A stretch of DNA of 64,000 nt from the NCBI GenBank assembly GCA_964291655.2, contig OZ219802.1, forward strand, positions 1,088,001 through 1,152,000, written 5' to 3'. Under the pieces are notes generated by a model. That model had not been told where the DNA came from and ran no database searches. It saw only the letters and a program-made list of their open reading frames with translations. This DNA comes from Chloroflexota bacterium. Lineage in GTDB: Bacteria > Chloroflexota > UBA11872 > VXOZ01. Position numbers and translations under genes: made by a program. Positions within the stretch are counted from its first letter, which is position 1. Each line of letters opens with the position of its first letter. Of this stretch, positions 48,849 through 58,523 are shown in pieces.

Positions 48849-51326
48849 ATGGCAATTGCTGAACATACTAAGCGAAAAGAGTCTCTTGCGCTGGCCGTAG
48901 AGGGCATGACGTGCGCGGCCTGCGTATGGCGCATCGAAGAAGCCATCACGCGCCTGCCCGGCGTGCATGAAGCGGCCGTTAACTTGGCGACGGAACGCGC
49001 GCAAGTGTCATACGACCCGGACGCAGTGACACCCGCCGCCGTCGCGCAGGCCGTGACAGCAGCGGGCTATACTCCTGCCGTCGTCAAGCGTACGTTGCGC
49101 GTGCCCGGCATGCAGGACGGCTCGGCGGTCAGCCGCGTTGAAGCGGCGCTCCACGCTGTGCCGGGAGTCCTGACTGCGAACGTCAATCTGGCGGCAGAGC
49201 AAATTCTCGTCTCTCATCTTCCCGACGTAACTGAAGTGAACGCGCTCAAAGTAGCGGCCGCTGCTGCCGGTTATACGTTGGAAGACGAAGAACAAGATCC
49301 GGCTGCGGACCAAGAGGTAGCCGCGCCTGCGGCGAGGAGTGCGGCGCAACGCGACTTGCGTGTCCAATTGGGCGTCTCTCTGGCGCTTTCTCTCGTGATC
49401 CTGCTTGGCAGCATGGGAGGCCAATTCCTGCCCTTTGTGCGCGGCTCCATAATTGAAAACCCCTTCCTGCTGTGGGCATTGGCGACTCCTGTGCAGTTCT
49501 GGGCGGGTTGGCGCTTCTACCGGGGCGCGTGGGCAACGCTGAGGCATTTTGCCTTCGATATGAATGTGCTCATCGCCATCGGAACGAGCGCAGCCTACTT
49601 CTTCAGTGTGGCGACTGCGCTGGCGCCGGAGTTCTTTGCCGGCCAGGCTGTAAGCGGCGAAGCCCCGCGCTATTTCGATACGGCTGCGGTCATTATCACC
49701 CTGATTCTGCTGGGGCGTTTCCTGGAGACACGCGCAAAGCGCCAGACCGCGACTGCTATCCACGCCTTGATGGACTTCCAACCGCAGATTGCGTTGGTCG
49801 TACGTGACGGCACACCCGAAGAAATTCCGCTGGCTCAGGTAGCCGTGGGCGATGTCATGCAAGTGCGACCTGGAGATCGCGTGCCGGTGGACGGCGTTGT
49901 GATTGAAGGGCAGAGCGCAGTCGATGAGTCGATGCTCACGGGCGAGAGCATGCCGGTAGAAAAAGGCCCCGGCGCTGAAGTCGTGGGCGGTTCGCTGAAT
50001 ACGACCGGAGCTTTCACCTTCCGCGCCTCGCGAGTAGGCAAAGACACCGCGCTCGCGCATATCGTGCGCTTGATTGAAGAGGCCCAGGGATCTAAAGCGC
50101 CGCTCCAACGACTAACGGACCGCATAGCCGCTCACTTTGTGCCCGTCGTAATCGGTGTTGCCCTGCTCACGTTTCTCGTTTGGTTTCTCGTTGGACCCGA
50201 GCCGACGTTTACGCCTGCGCTGCTGGCCTTTGTGGCGGTCCTCATCATAGCCTGTCCCTGCGCGCTGGGCCTGGCGACACCTACGGCTGTGATGGTTGCC
50301 ATGGGCGCGGGCGCCGCCAAGGGCGTGCTCGTGCGCGATGCGGAGGCGCTGGAACGCTTACACAGTGTGACCACGGTAGTCCTGGACAAGACGGGCACGC
50401 TGACCCAAGGTACTCCGGAAGTTACGAATACAATCGCAACGGGCATATCCGAATCCGAGTTGCTCCGTCTCGCCGCTGCGTCGGAACAGTCCAGCGAGCA
50501 TCCCTTGAGCCAAGCGGTGGTGCGGGCAGCGCAGGCCAGAGGCCTGGCAATCCCTCCCGCCATGGGCTTCATCGCAGCGCCGGGACGGGGTATCCGCGCA
50601 GAGGTAGCAGGCAAGCTCGTTCGGGTCGGCAATCAAGCCTACATGGCAGAGAGCGGGGTGGACCAACAATCGCTCGCCGCGCTCGAAGCGCAGGTGCAAG
50701 CATTCAACGACGTTGGCAAGACCGTGCTCTTGGTGGCTCTCGATGGCGCGGTGGTAGGCACGATCGCGGTAGCCGACGCGCTCAAGCCAAGCGCCCAGGC
50801 AATGGTCCAAACGCTGCGCGCCCGGGGACTGGCGATAGTGATGCTCACGGGTGACGCGATGCGTACTGCTCACGCCATTGCCGCTCAGCTCGGCATTGAA
50901 AGCGTGTTGGCAGAGGTTATGCCCGGGCAGAAAGCGGCGGTCATTCAGAAGCGGCAAGAAGCTAATGAGGTCGTCGCCATGGTGGGAGACGGCATAAACG
51001 ATGCTCCTGGGCTCGCCCAGGCCGACGTGGGCATTGCGCTGGGGGCCGGCGCCGACGTGGCGCTGGAAGCCGCGGACATTACCCTCAAGGGCGAGAACCT
51101 CGGCGCCCTGGAGACCGCCTTCACGCTCTCCCGAGCTACGCGCCGCACCATTTGGCAAAACCTGGGCTGGGCGTTTGGCTACAACGTGGTGCTCATCCCG
51201 GTGGCGGCAGGCGTTTTATATCCTCTATTCGGGATCGTCCTTAGCCCCATGCTCGCAGCAGGGGCGATGGCGCTTTCATCGGTCTCAGTGGTGACAAACT
51301 CCCTGCGTTTGCGGAGCATCGTATGA
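48849..51326 (+). CDS. copA: Cu(I)-transporting P1B-type ATPase
   Basis: [36 protein letters not shown] and MALSS TM motifs. Confidence 0.96.
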   Translation: MAIAEHTKRKESLALAVEGMTCAACVWRIEEAITRLPGVHEAAVNLATERAQVSYDPDAVTPAAVAQAVTAAGYTPAVVKRTLRVPGMQDGSAVSRVEAALHAVPGVLTANVNLAAEQILVSHLPDVTEVNALKVAAAAAGYTLEDEEQDPAADQEVAAPAARSAAQRDLRVQLGVSLALSLVILLGSMGGQFLPFVRGSIIENPFLLWALATPVQFWAGWRFYRGAWATLRHFAFDMNVLIAIGTSAAYFFSVATALAPEFFAGQAVSGEAPRYFDTAAVIITLILLGRFLETRAKRQTATAIHALMDFQPQIALVVRDGTPEEIPLAQVAVGDVMQVRPGDRVPVDGVVIEGQSAVDESMLTGESMPVEKGPGAEVVGGSLNTTGAFTFRASRVGKDTALAHIVRLIEEAQGSKAPLQRLTDRIAAHFVPVVIGVALLTFLVWFLVGPEPTFTPALLAFVAVLIIACPCALGLATPTAVMVAMGAGAAKGVLVRDAEALERLHSVTTVVLDKTGTLTQGTPEVTNTIATGISESELLRLAAASEQSSEHPLSQAVVRAAQARGLAIPPAMGFIAAPGRGIRAEVAGKLVRVGNQAYMAESGVDQQSLAALEAQVQAFNDVGKTVLLVALDGAVVGTIAVADALKPSAQAMVQTLRARGLAIVMLTGDAMRTAHAIAAQLGIESVLAEVMPGQKAAVIQKRQEANEVVAMVGDGINDAPGLAQADVGIALGAGADVALEAADITLKGENLGALETAFTLSRATRRTIWQNLGWAFGYNVVLIPVAAGVLYPLFGIVLSPMLAAGAMALSSVSVVTNSLRLRSIV

Positions 51327-51403
51327 GGACCTTCTTGGGGTAAAGGGGGAGGAAGGCAGAGTTGCAATCAGCCTTTTTGGAAGCGTCCGAGGAGCGTCAT
51401 TCC

Positions 51404-51671
51404 TGTAAGTGTCAGATAATTCGTTGGCAGATTCAAGTACAAAAGCAACCTTCCGCAGTGTTAGACATGACTAGTAAACATGTCATTCCGAACGAAGCGC
51501 AGCGAAGAGTCGCTCTTAGCGCGGAATCTAATGTGCTGAAGCCGCTATAGTGCGTTGAGCAGGAACCCTAGATTCCGCGAACATCGTTCGACGCTTCGCT
51601 CGGAATGACAAGGCCTTGTAGCGCTTTCTACGGGGAAGCGAATTCTGTCAACGAATTACTCAACACTTACG
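51404..51671. mobile_element. MITE, TGTAAGTGT family, copy 2 (inverted relative to copy 1)
   Basis: TGTAAGTGTCAGATAATTCGTTGGCAGA...TCTGTCAACGAATTACTCAACACTTACG; TSD ATTCC; interior is similar to the reverse complement of 40006-40261. Confidence 0.85.
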
Positions 51672-51838
51672 ATTCCGAGCCCAGCGTCGAACTCTGTTCG
51701 CGAAAAACTCGGCCTCTAACAGAGCACTCAAATTGCGGTCAACTGCTTACGCGTTAGGCAGCGGGGGGAAAAGTCAACATGCAGTCGCACAAACCACTGC
51801 GGCGAGGAAGACGAGACTCTCGATCCGCCCACATCCTC

Positions 51839-52002
51839 GGTAGCGCAGGTTTGCAACCTGCGTCTGCTGCAGTGAAGACCTCTATGTGCCCTATTCTCTC
51901 GTGTGACAATGTTGGAAAATACGCCCTATGCTGCTTACTCCGGCGGCAAGCCCCCTTGCTGGTTTAACGCGACAGCACTTGAACGCAAGTCCCCGCGCTA
52001 CG
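51839..52002. repeat. GTAG-type REP-like repeats
   Basis: GTAGCGCAGGTTTGCAACCTGCG and inverted CAAGTCCCCGCGCTAC. Confidence 0.7.
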
Positions 52003-52213
52003 GCAAGTGCAAGAGTCTCGTGGGCAGCACCGGCAGACCTGCAAGAGTCGATCAATTTGGAGACACGGTCACTGCGACATCCAATGGGGAAACTGCGTAG
52101 AATGGACGTAGCATACAGAGGCTTACGCCTTGCCACTGGCCGGACGGCAGGAGCAAGTCCACTCTCATGAAGACACCGGCCACGATCGAATAGACGCTGT
52201 AAGGAGCGCCACA

Positions 52214-52360
52214 ATGGCAAAATGCGCAACCTGTAATGAATCAGTAGACACAGCTACTACCGAGACCAAGGTAGAGTACCGGGGCACGGTCTACTACTTC
52301 TGCTGCGGCCACTGCCAGGCCGCCTTCGAGCAGGAGCCGGAGCGGTACGTCGAGGCCTAG
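52214..52360 (+). CDS. YHS/TRASH domain metal-binding protein (48 aa)
   Basis: AAGGAG RBS; CATC...EYRGTVYYFCCGHC...FEQEPERY. Confidence 0.85.
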   Translation: MAKCATCNESVDTATTETKVEYRGTVYYFCCGHCQAAFEQEPERYVEA

Positions 52361-52562
52361 CCGGAGCAGTGGAGCGGAAAGGCCCCACCGCTGCCTCTCC
52401 TTTTCACACGCGTGAGATGTGGTGGTCTTCGCGCACGATCTTTACAGTGATACTCGCGTAATGTCTAGATTCTTAGCTGTTTCTTAGGCAGCATTGCAAT
52501 GACCTCCGATTCCTTGCTATATGAGGGATCCACGGCGTGTCTTGCCTTCAATATGCCGTTTC

Positions 52563-52594
52563 AAGTCCTGCCCAAGCGGCAGGACTTAGTCTTT
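52563..52594. terminator. hairpin, terminator-like
   Basis: AAGTCCTGCC-CAAGC-GGCAGGACTT then AGTCTTTT. Confidence 0.45.
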
Positions 52595-52787
52595 TAATGC
52601 TTGACATACTGCATCTCTGTGCAACCATGGATTCAATACCCGGCGCCTGGATGGGAGTCAATTGAAGGTTGCTGATGGCGTCGTTGAACTAAGGCGTCGT
52701 TTGGCGTTCGTGTCGTCAGGCAGGAGTGCCATCACAAACGACCGTCCACCCTTCTAGCGCTGCACTTTGGGGGAAAGGAGCAGAGCA

Positions 52788-54137
52788 ATGCTTACGCGTC
52801 GTTCATTACTGGGAAGTACAGCCGTGCTCGGAGGCGCGGCGGCGCTCGCCACCGGCTGCAGTTCGCTGGGGATCCCACTTTCGCCGCCCAGCACGCCGCA
52901 GGGCAACGTGATCAAAGTGGCAGCGTCTCCGCGGTCTATATACCTCGTCTTGCCGTACGGAAACTACACTGATGACGACGAAGCCGAAGTCCGGTTCGAA
53001 CGGGCCCGCATGGCGCTCGAAGAGGACGAGACAAACGCGTATGGACCTAAGCGCGGCGGCTACTCGCTTGACCTGCGGCTTGTCAACGATTTCTACCCGC
53101 CGTACGTTGAACCCAAGACCGAGGAAGAGACAGAAGCGTTCATAGCGGCCAGGCTCGAATCGGTTGCGACCGTGCTCGACGATCTCGACGCCGACCTGGT
53201 GACCGTCTGGCCGGAGGAGGCACGGCACTGGGGCGAGAATGGACTCTTACTGCCCTTGGACCGTTTCAGCGGCGCGGGGGAATCTGAGCTCAATCAAGAG
53301 TTTTTCCCTACCGTGGTCAGTCAATTCCGGCGCGACGGCGCGCTCTACGCGCTGCCCGTAGACGCCATGCCGCAGATGCTCTTCTACGACGAGGGGTTCC
53401 TCAATCGGCAAGGCGTGCCGCCGCCCGACAGTAACTGGAGTTGGGACGATCTGGCGAGAAGTGCCGCTACCCTCACGTCATCAAAGCAAGACGGCACGGT
53501 CTCGCGGTGGGGCCTGATTGCACACGGTCACGGTATTTCGTGGGCGTTGTGGCAGAACAAAGCGAATATCGTCAACTCGGACACGGCGCAGTGCCGTTTA
53601 CAGGAACCGGCGGCAGTGGCAGCACTGCAGTTCGTGCACGACCTGTTGCACAAGCACCGCGTTTCCCCACTGGCGGAGATGCGGGACCTATGGGACTACC
53701 ACTGGAGAACACCACCAGCTATGTTCTATGATTTTCCTCCCATTGTTCACAATCAAAGAAATGACTTTCGCATGGCGGCGTTGCCCCGGGGCAAGGTGTC
53801 CGCCACACCGGTACGCACCAGGCTTGGCATCGGCATTGCCGCCCGGACGCAAAGGACAGAAGCGGCATTCATGGCGCTAAAGGGATTCAACCGCGCCATG
53901 CAAGCGCACGTGGCGATACCCGCCGGTAGAGAGGCCGTCGCGCGCCTGGCAGACCTCCGCCCGGACATCAGCCCGGAGGAAGTCACCGCCGTGCAGCACT
54001 CCCTGGAGCACGGTCGCGAATGGCCGCAACACGGGCTGCCATTGACCATCTTGTACGAACTCGCCCAAGGCCTCGGCCGCGGCGAAGACGTGCCTACCAT
54101 CGTTAATCAGGCCTGCAGTATCGCGCACGAGTACTGA
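52788..54137 (+). CDS. family 1 extracellular solute-binding lipoprotein (Tat signal)
   Basis: TRRSLL twin-Arg, LATGC lipobox, LLPLD, DGALYALP, LFYD, WSWDDL. Confidence 0.85.
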   Translation: MLTRRSLLGSTAVLGGAAALATGCSSLGIPLSPPSTPQGNVIKVAASPRSIYLVLPYGNYTDDDEAEVRFERARMALEEDETNAYGPKRGGYSLDLRLVNDFYPPYVEPKTEEETEAFIAARLESVATVLDDLDADLVTVWPEEARHWGENGLLLPLDRFSGAGESELNQEFFPTVVSQFRRDGALYALPVDAMPQMLFYDEGFLNRQGVPPPDSNWSWDDLARSAATLTSSKQDGTVSRWGLIAHGHGISWALWQNKANIVNSDTAQCRLQEPAAVAALQFVHDLLHKHRVSPLAEMRDLWDYHWRTPPAMFYDFPPIVHNQRNDFRMAALPRGKVSATPVRTRLGIGIAARTQRTEAAFMALKGFNRAMQAHVAIPAGREAVARLADLRPDISPEEVTAVQHSLEHGREWPQHGLPLTILYELAQGLGRGEDVPTIVNQACSIAHEY

Positions 54138-54217
54138 AAAACAGGCAGACCGCTATTGCCAGTCGACGAGAGCGTGTTTCCTGTTTAGTTGCTTCTCTCA
54201 GTCCTCGCGTGACTTTA

Positions 54218-55648
54218 CTACGTCCACTCCGGGCCGATCATGTCCAGGGGCGGCGTGGTGGTGGCGAGCAGGCGTTCGGTGAGCAGGCCGTGGTGTTCGC
54301 GGATGCGGGCTTGGGAGGCGGGATCAAGGGCAAGGTTGCGCATTTCGTGGGAGTCTTCCTGCAAGTCGTAGAACTCGCTGCCATATTCCTGTCCCCAATA
54401 TGCGTACTTGTAGCGATTGGTGATGACCGCCGTGCCGCGCGTGACGCGGTCGCCGTGGACGTAGTCGGAGAACGCCATGCCGGGCAGTTTGGCTGTTCCT
54501 TCGATGACGGGTCGCAGGCTAGTGGCGGCCATGGCCTCGGGGACGGGGACACCGGCGTAGTCGAGGATCGTGGGGGCAATTTGAAATGTCTCCACCGCGT
54601 CCTCCACCACCGGAATGCGTTCGTGACCGGCCGGCGGCACGACAATCAAGGGCACCCGGGCCGACGGCTCCCAGAACGTGCCCTTGCCGCCGCGCGACCA
54701 ATCGCCCATGTGGTCGCCGTGGTCGCTGACGTAGATGATGAGCGTATTGTCCAGCGTACCGGCGTCGGCCAGCGTCTGCACCAACTGGCCCACCATGTCG
54801 TCGATCATGGTGCAGAGACCCCAGTACTTGGCGATGGCGTTGCGGATGATGCGGTCGTCGGGCTCTTTGGCAAAGCGGCCGCCGCCATTCTGCAGGTGCT
54901 TGGGCTTATCGCTATCGTCAGCGAGATACGTCACCGGCATGTCTACCTCGGCCGGATCGTACATGCTGGCATACGGTTCCGGCGGGTCAAGCGGGCCGTG
55001 AGGACCGCAAATGCCGCACCAGGCAAAGAAGGGCCGGTCGCGGCTCTCGCGCATGAAACCGGCGGTGTTATTGGTGATCCAGGTGTCGATATAGTCTTCC
55101 AGCGGCAGCACGTTCGTGATGGCCTTCATCTCTTTGTACTGCGGCTCGCGCCGCTGGGCGTAGATCTTCTCATAGCCTCCGGGATGCCGCTCTTCCAGCC
55201 AGGCGGCGTAGATGGGTCCCAAGGGACCAGGCCCCAACGACAGGCCGGATGATTCCGTCCAGCGGGAGCCCTTGCCCTCGGTCAGCACCGTAAAGCGGAA
55301 GCCTTTCGGCGGCCACATGTGGATTTTGCCAAAAGCGGCGGTGTAGTAGCCTCCCACGTCGTGGAGATGCTCCATGAAGGTCAACTCATGATGAGGCAGT
55401 CCCGGCGTGCGGTCGATGGGATTCGCCTGAAAGGTGACACCGTGCTGGTGAATGTAACGTCCTGTCTGCAGACAGGCACGGGCCGGCGTGCAGATGGTGT
55501 TCTGCGTGTAGGGACGTTCAAAGCGGGTTCCCTGAGCGGCCAGCGCATCGATGTTGGGCGTCTTGACCTTCTTGTTCCCATAGCAGCCAAGCGTATCCCA
55601 GCGCTGCTGGTCGGTGGTGATAAGCAAGACATTCGGGGCCTTAGCCAT
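54218..55648 (-). CDS. formylglycine-dependent sulfatase
   Basis: PNVLLITTDQQR, CTPARA, GKIH, PHGP, SDHGD, RVPLI. Confidence 0.95.
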   Translation of the reverse strand: MAKAPNVLLITTDQQRWDTLGCYGNKKVKTPNIDALAAQGTRFERPYTQNTICTPARACLQTGRYIHQHGVTFQANPIDRTPGLPHHELTFMEHLHDVGGYYTAAFGKIHMWPPKGFRFTVLTEGKGSRWTESSGLSLGPGPLGPIYAAWLEERHPGGYEKIYAQRREPQYKEMKAITNVLPLEDYIDTWITNNTAGFMRESRDRPFFAWCGICGPHGPLDPPEPYASMYDPAEVDMPVTYLADDSDKPKHLQNGGGRFAKEPDDRIIRNAIAKYWGLCTMIDDMVGQLVQTLADAGTLDNTLIIYVSDHGDHMGDWSRGGKGTFWEPSARVPLIVVPPAGHERIPVVEDAVETFQIAPTILDYAGVPVPEAMAATSLRPVIEGTAKLPGMAFSDYVHGDRVTRGTAVITNRYKYAYWGQEYGSEFYDLQEDSHEMRNLALDPASQARIREHHGLLTERLLATTTPPLDMIGPEWT

Positions 55649-56054
55649 AGAGCGCCTCCAATCTGGTGCCAGAAGCAAACAAACACTCGTGCCGATTTCG
55701 ATTATATACCCTGACGCCACTTGGTTTCTTGGCGCGCAAAACGGAAGCGTACGAGGGATTAGCCGCCGAGGTCTTTCGCTAACGCAACTACCACGAGCGA
55801 TGATGCCCCATTGGCGTCAGGCATCTCACCCAGATAATCGTCGCTTTACCAAGAGTGCCACTATTGAGTGAGCAACAAAGTGTGAGCAGTCGAGAACAAT
55901 TGAATGACATAGTCTCTTTGTATTCTTCGCGCATTCTAAGGGAGACAAGAGTCAATTTGCTTTTCTGAGTCTATGGTCTCGAGAGGAGAATGTAGTCTCC
56001 CATAGGCTTGCAAGAGATATACTGTTAATGGAAGCGTAGTAGTTACAGGAGAGG

Positions 56055-56429
56055 GTGTTTGTGGCATCCGCAATTGCAATGGATCACTTGAATACAAGCT
56101 ATCGATTTATCGAACAAGCGCAAGAGGAATTTGACAAAGGTGACATTCTTCAAGCCTCGGAGAAGGCCTGGGGTGCAGCAGCACGGGCGGTCAAAGCTGC
56201 TGCTGAGCAAAGAGGCTGGGAGCACAGGAGCCATGCCCACCTCTTTGAGAGCGTGACAAAGATTGCAAACGAGACTTCAGATGGCGAACTGAGAATGCTC
56301 TTCTCAGCGGCGAACACGCTTCATCAGAACTTCTATGAGGGTTCGCAGAATGAGGAGTTTGTCCAAGACAACATTCAGCATGTGCTGGTGCTAGTAAACA
56401 AACTGACAAAGTTCGTGGTCGAATCCTAA
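56055..56429 (+). CDS. PaREP1-family (HEPN-like) protein
   Basis: GDILQASEKAWGAA...LHQNFYE; start may be ATG 56079. Confidence 0.85.
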   Translation: MFVASAIAMDHLNTSYRFIEQAQEEFDKGDILQASEKAWGAAARAVKAAAEQRGWEHRSHAHLFESVTKIANETSDGELRMLFSAANTLHQNFYEGSQNEEFVQDNIQHVLVLVNKLTKFVVES

Positions 56430-56441
56430 GGAGAAGAGAGT

Positions 56442-56693
56442 GTGAACCAGTTTCTTGTAAGTCAACTCGAATTGAATGACCCCAATTGGTCATCCAACAC
56501 TGAGGTCATACAAGGGTCGCATGGAGAAATCACCGCTGTCAAGATCACTCTTGTAGTGAAGCGCCGTACGCGTACTGGTCTGGCCAGAGTGCTGTACGAT
56601 CGAGTATCGCATACACTTGACGCAGTGGAGGAGGCCACAGAGAAGGCATTTGCACAAGCTGCAAGCCAATTTGGGATCGTCGCGCCACAATAG
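56442..56693 (+). CDS. hypothetical protein (83 aa)
   Basis: AAGGAG RBS, 12 bp after the PaREP1 stop. Confidence 0.6.
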   Translation: MNQFLVSQLELNDPNWSSNTEVIQGSHGEITAVKITLVVKRRTRTGLARVLYDRVSHTLDAVEEATEKAFAQAASQFGIVAPQ

Positions 56694-57016
56694 GTCCAAA
56701 GACAAGACGCTCCACATGAGCGGGAAGCGGGCCTCTAAGGCGCACAAACCCAAAAAGGCAAAGCACCTGTCTTTCTACCTCCGCAGACAGTTTGTCGCGG
56801 GGAGTAAGTAGAGAGTAAAACGATGCCCGGTCTTGGCTGCTAATCCCTGTGTTTATGTGAGGGATTGTAGCCGCTGCAACTGGAGAATTGTATGAATCTC
56901 GGAGGCTGGCTCGGCAGCCTCATAATCCGGCCTTCGCGACCGACTGCCAACTGCAACCCTCTGCGCTACACTCCAGCTTTCTCCAAATCCAAGGGCTACC
57001 CGTGACTGGTCTGCCG

Positions 57017-58072
57017 TTATGCGTATTCCAATGCCACGCCAAGTGCTTCCGCGGGCAGATTGATGGCGACTTCCGCTGCTTCCGGCGCTTGGTCGAATGG
57101 GAAGCGGTGGGTGAGCAGCGGGTCCACGCGCACCTTGCCGGCCGCTTGCAGGGCGAGGAGGGCTTGAAGGTTCTGCTCCTGGTCCCAGCGCACAAAGCGG
57201 TCCGGGTAGTCCGTCTCGCCACGCAGGTAGTCCCGTTCCCGGCTGCCGGGGCCGCGTCCGTTCACCCAGTGGATGTTGATTTCCTTCGTGTGGGGGTCGG
57301 CGTCCGGGTGGGTGGGGGTGAGGTCCCAGATCACGCGGCCGATAAACAGCAGCCGGCCGCCCTCCCGCACCAAGCGCACGGCCAATGACGCCGGACCGCG
57401 GATACGGGCCGAGGTCGCCACGAAGACCGCGTCCGCGCCCCTGCCTGCGGTGAATTCATCCACTGCAGCAGCCACTTCGTCGTCGGTGCCGCTCGCCGTG
57501 GCCGCCGCGCCAAGTGCACGGGCTTTCGCCAAACGGTATTCGTGCAGGTCCACGCCAATGACCTGTCCGCCCACCATGCCGACGAGCTGCGCCGTGATCT
57601 GCCCCACCATGCCGAGACCGAGCACCACCGCCGTCTCGCCCGGCTGCAGCACCGCGCGGCGCATGGCGTGAAATGCCGTGAGTCCCACGTTCGTGGTCGC
57701 GGCTTCCAGGGGCGACAGACCGTCCGGAATCTTGGCAAATGAATGCTTCCACACGAAGCCTTGCTCGGCGTGAAAGCCGAACCCGCCGCCTGCCGCCGCC
57801 ACCAAGTCGCCCGGCTGGAAGCGGTCCTGCAAGTCAGGCGACACCTGCAGAATCTCACCGGCTGATTGATAGCTGTGGGCCTTTTCTGAAAATGCGCCGG
57901 GGTCTTGGCCCTCCGCCTGCGCCTTTCTCCGACGTCCCACGCCCGCCATCTCGGAACCGGCCCCAAAGACCGACGCCATCGTCCGAATGACCACGCCGGA
58001 GCCCTGCAGTGTGGGCTCGGGGACTTCTTTGAGATACATTTCGCCGCGATTATTCGAGTAAAGAGCGCGCAT
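57017..58072 (-). CDS. MDR-superfamily (Zn-ADH-like) oxidoreductase
   Basis: GLGMVG, GRGADAV, GPG.R..Y, PLLTHRFPF. Confidence 0.9.
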   Translation of the reverse strand: MRALYSNNRGEMYLKEVPEPTLQGSGVVIRTMASVFGAGSEMAGVGRRRKAQAEGQDPGAFSEKAHSYQSAGEILQVSPDLQDRFQPGDLVAAAGGGFGFHAEQGFVWKHSFAKIPDGLSPLEAATTNVGLTAFHAMRRAVLQPGETAVVLGLGMVGQITAQLVGMVGGQVIGVDLHEYRLAKARALGAAATASGTDDEVAAAVDEFTAGRGADAVFVATSARIRGPASLAVRLVREGGRLLFIGRVIWDLTPTHPDADPHTKEINIHWVNGRGPGSRERDYLRGETDYPDRFVRWDQEQNLQALLALQAAGKVRVDPLLTHRFPFDQAPEAAEVAINLPAEALGVALEYA

Positions 58073-58149
58073 TGTGACTTTCCTTGAGTAGTGTCCGGCC
58101 TCTTGGTATGACGGTTGCAATGCAATCATTGTACACAGTCACCCGATCA

Positions 58150-58385
58150 CCCTTCGACAGGCCTGTACTGAGCTTGTCGAAGTGCTCAGGGCGAACGGAA
58201 CTGCTTCCAGCTTGCCTTCACGCCGTTCCTGCTGAGCTTGTCGAAGTACGTCCGGAATCACTCCCACTTCGCCTTCACGCCTCTCACCCTTCGACAGGCT
58301 CAGGGCGAACGGAATTCCCTCCATTTTGCCTTCGCTCCGTTCGTGCTGAACACTTCGAATAGCCCAGTTCAGACCTGTCGAAGTA
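58150..58385. repeat. cluster of CCCTTCGACA(A/G)GCTCAGGGCGAACGG repeats in alternating orientation
   Basis: about five copies or half copies, one with an inverted internal insertion. Confidence 0.85.
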
Positions 58386-58523
58386 CGATCGGCGGAAGCG
58401 TCTCTCCATGCCAAGCACAGAGCACGTCCAGCATGTTTCAATCGAAAGAGCTACCTAGATGCACCCGTGGTCTCTTTCTTGCAAAGTGGACGGTCAACAT
58501 TTCTTCCAAGCGAAATCGAGCAC

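Noticed and set aside
54209-55252. 347-aa plus-strand ORF, and similar long shadows at 2420-3313, 31210-32214 and 49008-50108
   Set aside because: Antisense shadows of well-supported high-GC genes.
58150-58385. possible CRISPR array
   Set aside because: Repeats alternate in orientation and vary in sequence, as in a REP cluster.
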